Below are positions 36,854 to 45,503 of a stretch of DNA of 64,000 nucleotides, in pieces (the first letter of the stretch is position 1; every line of letters starts with the position of its first letter). This DNA is from a virus. The stretch is from the IMG/VR virus record IMGVR_UViG_3300000062_000005, one strand, 5' to 3'. Below the pieces are notes generated by a model. The model did no database searches. It was given only the letters and a program-made list of their open reading frames with translations, and was not told the DNA's origin. The position numbers were made by a program, and so were the translations under genes.

Positions 36854-38005
36854 GTGAATTTGTTTTTCCCTATGAACCCTAAGGACTTAGATGATTGGAA
36901 GAAAGTAGAAAAACTTCTAAGATCACCTGATTGGGGCCTTCAGTTAAAAAGAGATGGTGTACGAGGTATTCTTCAAATCACTTCGTCTGGTATTAGAGTC
37001 TTCGGAAGGAAAGCCGGTAAGAAGGATAAATCTAGGCCTTTGGAGATGACTCATAATTTGCCAACTGTGGCTGGTCAGGTACTTCCAGAATTCCTACATG
37101 GATGGGCTTTTGACTGTGAGATATACCACCCAGAAAAAAGCTCTGCGGAAGTGGCAGGAGCGGTAAACCCCAATAGAAAAGCAGAGCCTGTGGACTGGGA
37201 GTCTGAGATTGAGTTCTGGGTGTTCGACTGTCCTATAATTCATGGGGAAGAAAATCCTTATACTCAAGTAGAAAGGGCCTTTATTCTGCAGCTCATATTC
37301 GCTCATCTGACTAGAAAAGACACTATAGGATTCAGAAAGTCCTGGAAGTCTGTGGATTTGATAAAAAATATCTTCATGGTGGAAACTATTATCGATGACA
37401 AAGAAAGCTTACTCCGAACTTGGATGGCTAGGAATGAAGAGGGAGGGGTACTTAAAAAACTGGATTCTCCATACTTATTTTCCTACGACATGGAAGGAAA
37501 GCGGTCAACTAACACTTGGGTAAAAGCTAAAAAAGAGTATGATGGTGATTTTGTTATCGTAGGGTTTGAGCCTGCTAAAGAAGCCTATACAGGGAAAAAG
37601 CTGGACACATGGCAATATTGGCAGGCAGCACATGGAACTCGTAAGTATCACGGGGATAGGGATAATCCCCAGGACAGGCCCATCACCAAATATCACTACT
37701 ATGGATGGATTGGAGCCATAGAATATGGTATCTGGATGAGTAAAGGTGACTTCAAAAAGTACTCTGAGAAAAACGACAATATGAGGGTCATATCCACAGT
37801 GAGAAATAAATGCTTAGTTTCTATAGGAACTACCTCAGGGTTCGATGAGCTACTTAGGGTACAGATGTCACTGGAGCCTGATAAATATCTTCATCAGGTG
37901 ATAAAAATTTCTGGTATGGAACAGCTTAAAGACACTTTGGCAGTAAGACATCCTTCAGTGGATTGTATACGGTGGGATAAAAGTTCAGAGCAGTGTGAAT
38001 ATTAA
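36854..38005 (+). CDS. ATP-dependent DNA ligase
   Basis: LKRDG (KxDG), AFDCE, EGGVLK and WVKAKK motifs; probable GTG start at 36854. Confidence 0.88.
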   Translation: MNLFFPMNPKDLDDWKKVEKLLRSPDWGLQLKRDGVRGILQITSSGIRVFGRKAGKKDKSRPLEMTHNLPTVAGQVLPEFLHGWAFDCEIYHPEKSSAEVAGAVNPNRKAEPVDWESEIEFWVFDCPIIHGEENPYTQVERAFILQLIFAHLTRKDTIGFRKSWKSVDLIKNIFMVETIIDDKESLLRTWMARNEEGGVLKKLDSPYLFSYDMEGKRSTNTWVKAKKEYDGDFVIVGFEPAKEAYTGKKLDTWQYWQAAHGTRKYHGDRDNPQDRPITKYHYYGWIGAIEYGIWMSKGDFKKYSEKNDNMRVISTVRNKCLVSIGTTSGFDELLRVQMSLEPDKYLHQVIKISGMEQLKDTLAVRHPSVDCIRWDKSSEQCEY

Positions 38006-38007
38006 TA

Positions 38008-38036
38008 TTTACACTGACCTAGCTTTGTGATATAAT
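38008..38036 (+). promoter_or_regulatory. SigA-like promoter
   Basis: TTTACA-N17-TATAAT with TG. Confidence 0.8.
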
Positions 38037-38068
38037 GAACATATACTCAAAATAAGGAGGAAAATAAA

Positions 38069-38284
38069 ATGGACGAAGTAAAATTTATCACTATCTCAAG
38101 GGATGAGTTCCGGCAGAAAGTTGTGAAAGCTCTAGAAAACAATAAGTTGTTAAAAGAGACTATCTCAAGTTCTCCTATGATGGGCTTAGGATTTTCAATG
38201 GTAGTCATGGAAACTACCCAGCTTTTGGAAAAAGATCTTTTTGGTTTTGAAGAAACAGATATTCATGAGGAGGAAATACTATGA
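38069..38284 (+). CDS. Hypothetical protein
   Basis: 71 aa, AAGGAGG RBS. Confidence 0.7.
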   Translation: MDEVKFITISRDEFRQKVVKALENNKLLKETISSSPMMGLGFSMVVMETTQLLEKDLFGFEETDIHEEEIL

Positions 38285-38985
38285 GGATTTACAAGGATTT
38301 TAAGGAGGCACATGGAGAAATTCTACGGGATGTCGTAGAAATGGGTATCATCGTTAAGCCCAAGACTATGCAAGACAAGTATATTGAGGGCAATCCCGAC
38401 TACCAGACCAAGGAAGTTCAAAATTATGGTTATGTAGTAACAGGCCCAGACCTTTCTGATCTCAATCCCAACCAACCTTGGGCAGATAAGGAATTTTATG
38501 AAAGAGTATCCCCCTACCCCATAAACCCAGGAGAGGCTTGGAAACACAGGAGAGAGGTATGGACCGAATTTCTTCACGCTGCAATTCCTGGTGATGGGTA
38601 TGAAGGCCCTCACTTTGGATATTCCTACTCCGAAAGATTCAGTGCTGATGATGGGTTGGAGAGGATTATCCAAAGAATCAAGGAAGACCCTGACAGCCGA
38701 CAGCTGTACTTGTCTGTCTGGAATCCTGCAGATATTGAATTCTTAGGTGGAAAAGGAAGAGTTCCCTGCTCTCTAGGCTATCTATTCCAAGTAAGAGACA
38801 ATCAGCTCAACATGACCTACAGCATGAGAAGCTGTGATGTATTTACCCATTTCCACAATGACGTATATCTGGCATTTATGTTACAGAAATACGTGGCTGA
38901 AAGAACTCTTTACCCCACAGGAAACTTTACACACTTCATCAATTCCTTACATATCTATCAAAAAGATGCTGTAGGTATCTTCTGA
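38281..38985 (+). CDS. Thymidylate-synthase-family enzyme, dCMP hydroxymethylase/methylase-like
   Basis: DSRQ, catalytic VPCS, MRSCDVFTHFHNDV (Asp at the pyrimidine-specificity site), SLHIY. Confidence 0.8.
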   Translation: MRIYKDFKEAHGEILRDVVEMGIIVKPKTMQDKYIEGNPDYQTKEVQNYGYVVTGPDLSDLNPNQPWADKEFYERVSPYPINPGEAWKHRREVWTEFLHAAIPGDGYEGPHFGYSYSERFSADDGLERIIQRIKEDPDSRQLYLSVWNPADIEFLGGKGRVPCSLGYLFQVRDNQLNMTYSMRSCDVFTHFHNDVYLAFMLQKYVAERTLYPTGNFTHFINSLHIYQKDAVGIF

Positions 38986-39410
38986 TGAGAATAAGTAGGG
39001 AAGAGCTTAAACTAAGGCTGGTGGACCTAGTAGCCCAAAGGTCCACCTGCCCTAGGGCAAACGTAGGATGTGCGATATTCAAAGATGGAAGAGTGGTAGT
39101 AACAGGCTATAATAGCAGTCCAGCTGGCATGGACCATTGCTCTGATGTAGGATGTCTGATGGAACAAGGAAAATGCATTAGAACTGTACATGCTGAAGCT
39201 GGAGCCATCTCATTTGCAGCAAGAGAGGGAATATCTCTGAAAGATACAGAAATGTACCTCACTTTCTCTCCCTGCATAGATTGTGCAAAACTTATAGTTA
39301 ACTCAGGGATAAAGGCTGTATATTATCTACAGCAATACAGAATTGTAGATGGGATTATCCTACTACAACAAGCTGGAATCATCTGTGAAAGGAAGGAGCC
39401 TAATGGGTAG
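38985..39410 (+). CDS. dCMP deaminase
   Basis: RSTCPR..VGC, TGYN, HAEAGAI and SPCIDCAK motifs. Confidence 0.93.
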   Translation: MRISREELKLRLVDLVAQRSTCPRANVGCAIFKDGRVVVTGYNSSPAGMDHCSDVGCLMEQGKCIRTVHAEAGAISFAAREGISLKDTEMYLTFSPCIDCAKLIVNSGIKAVYYLQQYRIVDGIILLQQAGIICERKEPNG

Positions 39411-39684
39411 GAGAGCACAGTTCCATCTAGTATGTCAATCCTGCGGAGAAACTTTCTATAGCTACACGGCTAGAGTATATTGTGATAGTTGCTTCCGGGC
39501 TGGAAAGTCTTTGAAATTATTCAGGAAACTAGAAGAATATAAAATACTAACATCAAAAGAGCTAGAGCTAATGACTAAAGAACATGATTTAAGTATATCT
39601 AGAGTTCATCAGTTGTTGAAAGAAACTGGATGGGAATATGTAAGAATCTGGAAGAGAAAAGGTACGGTGATCAAAGGTGAATGA
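39403..39684 (+). CDS. Zn-finger plus HTH protein (probable start 39403)
   Basis: CQSC...CDSC followed by LSISRVHQLL; AAGGAG RBS. Confidence 0.6.
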   Translation: MGRRAQFHLVCQSCGETFYSYTARVYCDSCFRAGKSLKLFRKLEEYKILTSKELELMTKEHDLSISRVHQLLKETGWEYVRIWKRKGTVIKGE

Positions 39685-42085
39685 CATAAGGAATGAGAAT
39701 TGTGAACTGTGCAAACTGTGTGATACCACCGACCGAGTATGTGTCATGGGTAATGGCCCTACAAACGCAGAGATCATGGTGATAGGAGAAGCTCCTGGAG
39801 CTCATGAAGAACGAACTGGAAAACCTTTTCAAGGGAGAGCTGGACAACTGCTAGATTCCCTGCTTCAGAAAAATGGAATAAGTAGAGAAGATCTGTATGT
39901 TACCAATGTAGTACACTGTAGACCCCCTGATAATAGAACACCCACAGCGGCTGAGATTAAAGCATGTAAGCCCTACTTAGAAAAGGAAATTAAGATTGTA
40001 TCTCCCAAGTACATTCTGTGTCTGGGAGCCACAGCTTACAAAGCGATTTTTGGAAAAGCTGGGGTGATGGAAGCAAGAGGAACTCTATATAAGAAAGATG
40101 GAATAAACTATTTTGTTACCATACACCCAGCTGCAGCCCTGCGACAGCCTAAGATGGCCCCCTTTCTGGAAATGGATATTAAGAAATTTGCAGATATCAC
40201 TAGGGGAGAAGTACCTTCTGAGGATGACATAGAATGGACCTATGTAGATACCTTTGAGAAACTAGAGGCCTGTGTATCTGATCTGAATAAATCAAAAGCT
40301 ATATCTTTTGACTTTGAAACCTCTAGTCTGAATCCCGTAGATGGATATATTTATTGTCTAGGAATATCAAATGAAGATCACAGCTGGGCTATACCCTTCA
40401 ACTACATAGGCTCTCCATTTCCCCAGGAGGCCGAGAAGAAAATTCTAAGACTATTACACAAGATATTCTTAGGAAAGAAGATTATAGCCCATAATGGAAA
40501 ATTTGATGGAAAATGGTTTGTCACAAAAGCAAACGTTGTGGTAGACCAGACTTTTGACACTATGTTAGCATCCCACCTTTTGGATGAGAATAGGTTGCAC
40601 GGGTTAAAACCCTTAGCTAAAATGTATTTTAATGCCTCAAATTATGAGATCAAATTTCCTATCAAAGAGTTATCCAGAGTACCCCAGGAAAGGATAAGGA
40701 GCTTTATACCTAAGTCCAAAGATACCCCAGATATAAAGACATTGTGTCGATACTGTGCTTACGATACACATTATACCTTTAGAAACTATCGAAAATTCCG
40801 CAAAGAGTTACTAAGTGAAAGAGCTCTTCTGACAATTTATCAGAAATTACTAATGCCTGCCTCAAACATGCTTCAAGAGATGGAGTTAGATGGTGTATAC
40901 ATAAACTTCGACAAGTATAAGGAAGTAACTATATCTTTGGAAGAAAAAACGGAGAAATTACTGAGAAAACTGAATAAGCTATCTGAAGGCAAAGTAAAAA
41001 ATTGGAACTCTACAAAGCAGGTAGCAAATTACCTATTTGATGACCTTGGACTTCCTGTTCTGGAGAAGACTGCCTCTGGAGCCCCCTCAACCTCTGGAGA
41101 ATCAGTACTTCCTAGGCTAGTGGAATATCACCAAATAGTTCAAGTTTTACTTGATTATCGTGAAAATATTAAACTACAGCAATTCATAACTTCCTGGGGA
41201 AACTCCATGGATATCAGTCACTACATGCATCCCACCTTCAAATTACACGGGACTGTCACAGGAAGATTATCCTGTGTGGAACCTAATCTTCAGCAGGTAC
41301 CTCGGGACCCACAGCTGAGAAGCCTTATAACAGCCCCAGAGGGGTGGACATTGATAGAGGCTGACTATTCACAGGCGGAATTAAGAGTAGCTGCTATGCT
41401 GGCAAATGAGCCTGCTATGAAACTTGCATATCAAACAGGACAAGACATACATACTAAGACTGCTTCAGCGGTTATGTCTATTCCTATATCTGATGTCACA
41501 TCTGCAGACCGAAAAAAGGCAAAGGCTGTAAACTTTGGTTTTCTCTATGGAATGTCAGCTAAAAAATTCCGGATATACGCAAGGGACAAATATGATGTAG
41601 ATCTGACAGATAAAGAAGCACAGAGATTCCGAGACAGATTCTTCGAATTATACCCAGGGCTTCCGGCATGGCATGAAAGACAACGACAGTTGGCAAGAAA
41701 GTATAAATACGTTAGAAGTCCTCTTGGAAGAAAAAGAAGACTTCCAGAAGTTGACTCTGATGACAGGGGAGCTATCGCTGAAGCAGAACGTCAGGCCATA
41801 AATTCTCCTGTTCAAGGATTTGCCTCTGATATGTGTCTTTATTCTATGGTCAGAATGCATAAGGAATTTAACCCGAGCTATTGGAGACCCGTAGGATTAG
41901 TTCATGACGCAACTTTAAGTATGGTAAGAAACGATAAGCTACATGAGGTAGCTAAAAGAATAAAAGAGATAATGCAGGACTCTGAGACTGTGGAAAAAGT
42001 GTTCAACTGTAATCTTACTGTTCCCATCGTAGCTGATGTTAAGGTAGGACCTTGGGGAAAAGGAGTTGAATGGAATGGAGATTGA
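39677..42085 (+). CDS. polA: Family A DNA polymerase with an N-terminal family-4 uracil-DNA-glycosylase domain (SPO1-like architecture)
   Basis: UDG: CELC..C, GEAPG, TNVVHCRPP, HPAA. 3'-5' exonuclease: DFET, HNGKFD, YCAYD. Polymerase: DYSQAELR, KAVNFGFLYG, VHD. Confidence 0.95.
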   Translation: MNDIRNENCELCKLCDTTDRVCVMGNGPTNAEIMVIGEAPGAHEERTGKPFQGRAGQLLDSLLQKNGISREDLYVTNVVHCRPPDNRTPTAAEIKACKPYLEKEIKIVSPKYILCLGATAYKAIFGKAGVMEARGTLYKKDGINYFVTIHPAAALRQPKMAPFLEMDIKKFADITRGEVPSEDDIEWTYVDTFEKLEACVSDLNKSKAISFDFETSSLNPVDGYIYCLGISNEDHSWAIPFNYIGSPFPQEAEKKILRLLHKIFLGKKIIAHNGKFDGKWFVTKANVVVDQTFDTMLASHLLDENRLHGLKPLAKMYFNASNYEIKFPIKELSRVPQERIRSFIPKSKDTPDIKTLCRYCAYDTHYTFRNYRKFRKELLSERALLTIYQKLLMPASNMLQEMELDGVYINFDKYKEVTISLEEKTEKLLRKLNKLSEGKVKNWNSTKQVANYLFDDLGLPVLEKTASGAPSTSGESVLPRLVEYHQIVQVLLDYRENIKLQQFITSWGNSMDISHYMHPTFKLHGTVTGRLSCVEPNLQQVPRDPQLRSLITAPEGWTLIEADYSQAELRVAAMLANEPAMKLAYQTGQDIHTKTASAVMSIPISDVTSADRKKAKAVNFGFLYGMSAKKFRIYARDKYDVDLTDKEAQRFRDRFFELYPGLPAWHERQRQLARKYKYVRSPLGRKRRLPEVDSDDRGAIAEAERQAINSPVQGFASDMCLYSMVRMHKEFNPSYWRPVGLVHDATLSMVRNDKLHEVAKRIKEIMQDSETVEKVFNCNLTVPIVADVKVGPWGKGVEWNGD

Positions 42086-42266
42086 CTTCACGAACGTTCT
42101 ATCAAGGGATCAATATTTAGATAAGCAAAGAAAAATTCATAGGGAAGAAGCTGAAGAATATTACAAGAGCAAGAGACCTCAGAAAGCCGAATTTTCAGAA
42201 GACTTTCTTGGAGAACTTGGATTTGATGCAACTGACTTCGGTATGCAGACTTGGGGTAACAGTTAA
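42066..42266 (+). CDS. Hypothetical protein
   Basis: 66 aa overlapping the polA stop, AAAGGAG RBS. Confidence 0.55.
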   Translation: MNGMEIDFTNVLSRDQYLDKQRKIHREEAEEYYKSKRPQKAEFSEDFLGELGFDATDFGMQTWGNS

Positions 42267-42352
42267 ATAATTCAGCAAAGAGTGAAAAAACTCTTTTATC
42301 AACCAGTTAAATTTATGGTATAATAATATTATCCCACAGAAAGGAGATAACG

Positions 42353-43288
42353 ATGATAACTTCGCAATCAAGTATCAAACTTTATAAGAGATGTCCACAG
42401 GCTTATTACTATAAGAAGATCAGGAATATAGTCCCTAAATTTTCAGCTCTCCCCCTTCAGAGGGGAACCATGATACACTCTGCTTTAGAAGCTTATTATA
42501 AAGGCAATAGCTGGAAGAAAGCTCTTCTGGAGTATCAGGATTTTTGGGATGATCTTTTAGACGAGGAAAAAGAGGCCTATGGAGGAGATCTAATTAATGA
42601 CTGTATCTCTATCATCAGAGGATATACTAGGGAATATGGGAAGAAAAATACCGAGGAGATCTTAGCTGTAGAATTAGATCTGGAGGACAATCCTGTAGAG
42701 ATAGTTCCTGGGGTATTTCTTAAAGGAAAAATAGATTTAATCAGTAGAGATGAAAGAGGAACATGGATTACAGAACATAAGAGCCATAAGAAAATACCCA
42801 CAGAGGACACTAGGTTCTTAAATATGCAGACTGTGTTATATCAGGAGGCTGCTGAAAAACTGGGCTACAAGGTGGATGGCATTCGGTGGAATTACCTTAG
42901 AACTAAATTGCCCACAGTGCCCCGGATGCTAGTTAAAGGTGGAATTAGTAGGGCTAAGGATATAGACACTGACTATAGAACCTACTTGAAGGCTATAAAG
43001 GCTGCTGGAGAAGACCCTAAGAACTATCAGGAAGAACTGGAAAGAACTAAACTGAATGAGTTCTATATTAGGAGGTATACACCTAAGAATGAGCAAGTAC
43101 GGGAGGCAATTCTGCAGGACATAGCCAATGTAGCTCCCCTCATGGAAAACTTTGCTGATAAACCATACAGAGCGTTAGACCCCTTCACCTGTCAAGGCTG
43201 TGGATATAAATCAATCTGCCAAGCAGAATTACTAGGCCTAGATACAAGCTTTATCCTGAAAAAAGACTTTACAAAAAGAGAGGATTGA
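42353..43288 (+). CDS. PD-(D/E)XK (Cas4-like/RecB-like) exonuclease
   Basis: YKRCPQAY, GTMIH, KGKIDLI..ITEHKS and CQGCGYKSIC. Confidence 0.85.
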   Translation: MITSQSSIKLYKRCPQAYYYKKIRNIVPKFSALPLQRGTMIHSALEAYYKGNSWKKALLEYQDFWDDLLDEEKEAYGGDLINDCISIIRGYTREYGKKNTEEILAVELDLEDNPVEIVPGVFLKGKIDLISRDERGTWITEHKSHKKIPTEDTRFLNMQTVLYQEAAEKLGYKVDGIRWNYLRTKLPTVPRMLVKGGISRAKDIDTDYRTYLKAIKAAGEDPKNYQEELERTKLNEFYIRRYTPKNEQVREAILQDIANVAPLMENFADKPYRALDPFTCQGCGYKSICQAELLGLDTSFILKKDFTKRED

Positions 43289-43292
43289 TAAC

Positions 43293-44090
43293 ATGGCTAC
43301 AAAATCAAAAAAGCAAAGAACTAGCACTCCAAGTGATTCCATAGCAAGCAGAATTAAGCCTGTGTCAGAAGTGGAAGACTTCTACAGATGCTTATTTTAT
43401 GGGAGATCTGGAACTGGAAAAACTACCATAGCTGGTACTTTTCCAACACCCCACCTTATACTAGACGTTAGAGATAAAGGAACTAAGAGCATTAAGAAAA
43501 TCTCCGGCATCGATGTTCTGCAAGTGGAGTCTTGGTCAGATTTTGAAGAGGCCTACTGGTATCTCTATAACAATCCGGAATTGTATAAAACCGTAACAAT
43601 TGACACAGTTACCCAGCTACAAGAACTCTGTATGCAGAAGGTAAAAAAGTCCACAGAGGTTTCCAATACTTCTCAAAGAGCCTGGGGAGAAGTAGGAGAG
43701 CTGATGAAGGCCTGGATTATCAGATTTAGGGATCTCCCCTTACATGTTAATTTCATAGCCCAGCCTAGAGTAGACGGAGCCAATGAGGATGGAGAAGGTG
43801 AATTAACTCCGGAGGTGGGAGCTGGGGTCAGTCCTGCCACCCAAAAAATCCTACACGCAGCTGTGGACATTATCGGATATACTTTCATTCGAGAGACAGA
43901 GAAAAAGATCAAGAGCAAAACCACAGGAAAGACTAAGACTGTGGAAGTCAATGAATATTGCTTGAGGGTTGGACCCCATGCTATACTGACAACAAAATTT
44001 CGGAGGGATAAAAATACCTCTGGAGATATACCCGAGGTAATTCCAAACGCCACGTTTGATAAATTACAAGAAATTACGGAAGGAGAATAA
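43293..44090 (+). CDS. AAA_24 / Sak4-like recombination ATPase
   Basis: YGRSGTGKTT, TVTIDTVT, AVDIIGY. Confidence 0.85.
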   Translation: MATKSKKQRTSTPSDSIASRIKPVSEVEDFYRCLFYGRSGTGKTTIAGTFPTPHLILDVRDKGTKSIKKISGIDVLQVESWSDFEEAYWYLYNNPELYKTVTIDTVTQLQELCMQKVKKSTEVSNTSQRAWGEVGELMKAWIIRFRDLPLHVNFIAQPRVDGANEDGEGELTPEVGAGVSPATQKILHAAVDIIGYTFIRETEKKIKSKTTGKTKTVEVNEYCLRVGPHAILTTKFRRDKNTSGDIPEVIPNATFDKLQEITEGE

Positions 44091-44092
44091 CA

Positions 44093-44674
44093 ATGGCAAA
44101 GAAAAATAAAGGCAATTCCATCTCGGTCGACATGACCAATGTAGAAACCAGTACCCTAATCGCGGAGGGCGATCATCATGTAAAAGTTGCTAAGGTAGAG
44201 CACAAAATTTCGGAGTCTTCTGGAAAGCCCATGCTGGTATGGGAACTTGAGCTGGTATCGGGTTCCGGAAAGCTGTGGCATAACACCAGTCTCCAGCCTC
44301 AGGCACTCTTTAATCTCAAAAATGTTCTTATCTGTCTCGGATATCCTGTCCCTAATGGAAAACTTAACCTCAATCTTGATGAGCTTATCGACCTTGAATG
44401 TGGGGTCACAGTGGGGCATGAGGTGTATGATGGTAAAAAGAGAGCTCGTATCGCTGACTTCTGGCCCTGGGGAGATGAAGATGAGGATGAAGATGAGGAT
44501 GAAGATGAGGATGAAGATGAAGATGAGGATGAAGATGGTCCTGACTACTCTGTCTTGTCCTTAGCTGACCTTAAAAAGCTTTGCAAAGAGAGAGGTATTA
44601 AAGTATCTAAGAAGGATGATAAGGACTCTCTTATTGAGAAGCTTGAAGATGCTGATGAAGAAGAGGACCTGTGA
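44093..44674 (+). CDS. DUF669-like single-strand DNA-binding protein with a poly-DE linker and a C-terminal helical (SAP/Rho-N-like) domain
   Basis: SSGKPMLVWEL..ALFNLKNVL; long (DE)n; LADLKKLCKERGIK..LIEKL. Confidence 0.75.
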   Translation: MAKKNKGNSISVDMTNVETSTLIAEGDHHVKVAKVEHKISESSGKPMLVWELELVSGSGKLWHNTSLQPQALFNLKNVLICLGYPVPNGKLNLNLDELIDLECGVTVGHEVYDGKKRARIADFWPWGDEDEDEDEDEDEDEDEDEDEDGPDYSVLSLADLKKLCKERGIKVSKKDDKDSLIEKLEDADEEEDL

Positions 44675-44949
44675 ATGAGTCCGAACTAGTTACAAAGATT
44701 AAGAAGGCTCTTAAGAATAAACGTGGTGGTCGCTGGGTTAAAATACATGGTGGGCCCTACCAAGAAGCTGGAGTTTCTGATATTATAGGTTGTTATAATG
44801 GTATATTTTATGCCTTAGAGGTCAAACTGCCTGGGAAAGAGAAGAAACTAACTCCCATCCAAAAAGCCTTTATAGAGGATATAAACGCTTCTGGAGGAAA
44901 AGCTACTATGATAACATCAGTCGAAGAGGCCCTTAGCTTTGTAAAATAG
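44671..44949 (+). CDS. VRR-NUC nuclease (Holliday-junction-resolvase-like)
   Basis: ESEL..GVSDII..ALEVK..LTPIQKAF. Confidence 0.88.
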   Translation: MNESELVTKIKKALKNKRGGRWVKIHGGPYQEAGVSDIIGCYNGIFYALEVKLPGKEKKLTPIQKAFIEDINASGGKATMITSVEEALSFVK

Positions 44950-44951
44950 GT

Positions 44952-44983
44952 AAAGAAGAGAGGAATAACACCCTCTCTTCTTT
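44952..44983 (+). terminator. Intrinsic terminator
   Basis: aaagaagagagg-N8-cctctcttcttt. Confidence 0.75.
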
Positions 44984-45021
44984 GCTATAGTAAGAAATTT
45001 GAGAAACTTTTCAAACACCCA

Positions 45022-45050
45022 TTTACAATCCCTCTAGGTTCTGGTATACT
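45022..45050 (+). promoter_or_regulatory. SigA-like promoter
   Basis: TTTACA-N17-TATACT. Confidence 0.75.
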
Positions 45051-45082
45051 ATAATTACGAAACAACTTAGGAGGAACAGAAA

Positions 45083-45382
45083 ATGAAAAGACCTAACAAC
45101 AAGGCAATCGAAATTTACAAGAACCTTCTTTACAAAACTCGCAAAGCTGATGAGGACTTCGGGGTGGAAAAATGGAGCTGGCAAAATACTCCCATCGAAG
45201 GAGAAAAAGAATCACGCCAACTCATCCGCAATCTGGAAATCCTCCACATTCAGAAACTAAAGAGCAATGAAGCTGACAAGAAGATGGGCATTAAGCCTTT
45301 CTACTCCGACCGTATCCTTAGCATCGTAGGGAAACACATCCTGGACCGCATTAAGGTAATGGAGGAGGTATACGGAAAATAA
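45083..45382 (+). CDS. Hypothetical protein
   Basis: 99 aa with its own promoter, an AGGAGG RBS and a downstream hairpin. Confidence 0.75.
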   Translation: MKRPNNKAIEIYKNLLYKTRKADEDFGVEKWSWQNTPIEGEKESRQLIRNLEILHIQKLKSNEADKKMGIKPFYSDRILSIVGKHILDRIKVMEEVYGK

Positions 45383-45442
45383 GAAGGTCAATAGACCTTT
45401 TTATTTTGTAGTGAAAGTTTTTGAATTTTTTCATGAAGACCA

Positions 45443-45471
45443 TTTACAATACCTTAGAGATCTGATATGAT
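45443..45471 (+). promoter_or_regulatory. SigA-like promoter
   Basis: TTTACA-N17-TATGAT. Confidence 0.7.
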
Positions 45472-45503
45472 TATCTTACCTAATTAACAAGGAGGCCACC
45501 ATA

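Noticed and set aside
38281-38985. Ordinary ThyA or SPO1-type dUMP hydroxymethylase
   Set aside because: Asp rather than Asn at the specificity position, and a separate ThyX exists. Not fully excluded without biochemistry.
42353-43288. Cas4 as a sign of a CRISPR system
   Set aside because: It sits in a standard exonuclease-Sak4-SSB recombination module, with no array or other cas genes.
44470-44535. GATGAR microsatellite as a non-coding repeat
   Set aside because: It encodes the poly-DE linker of the SSB-like protein.
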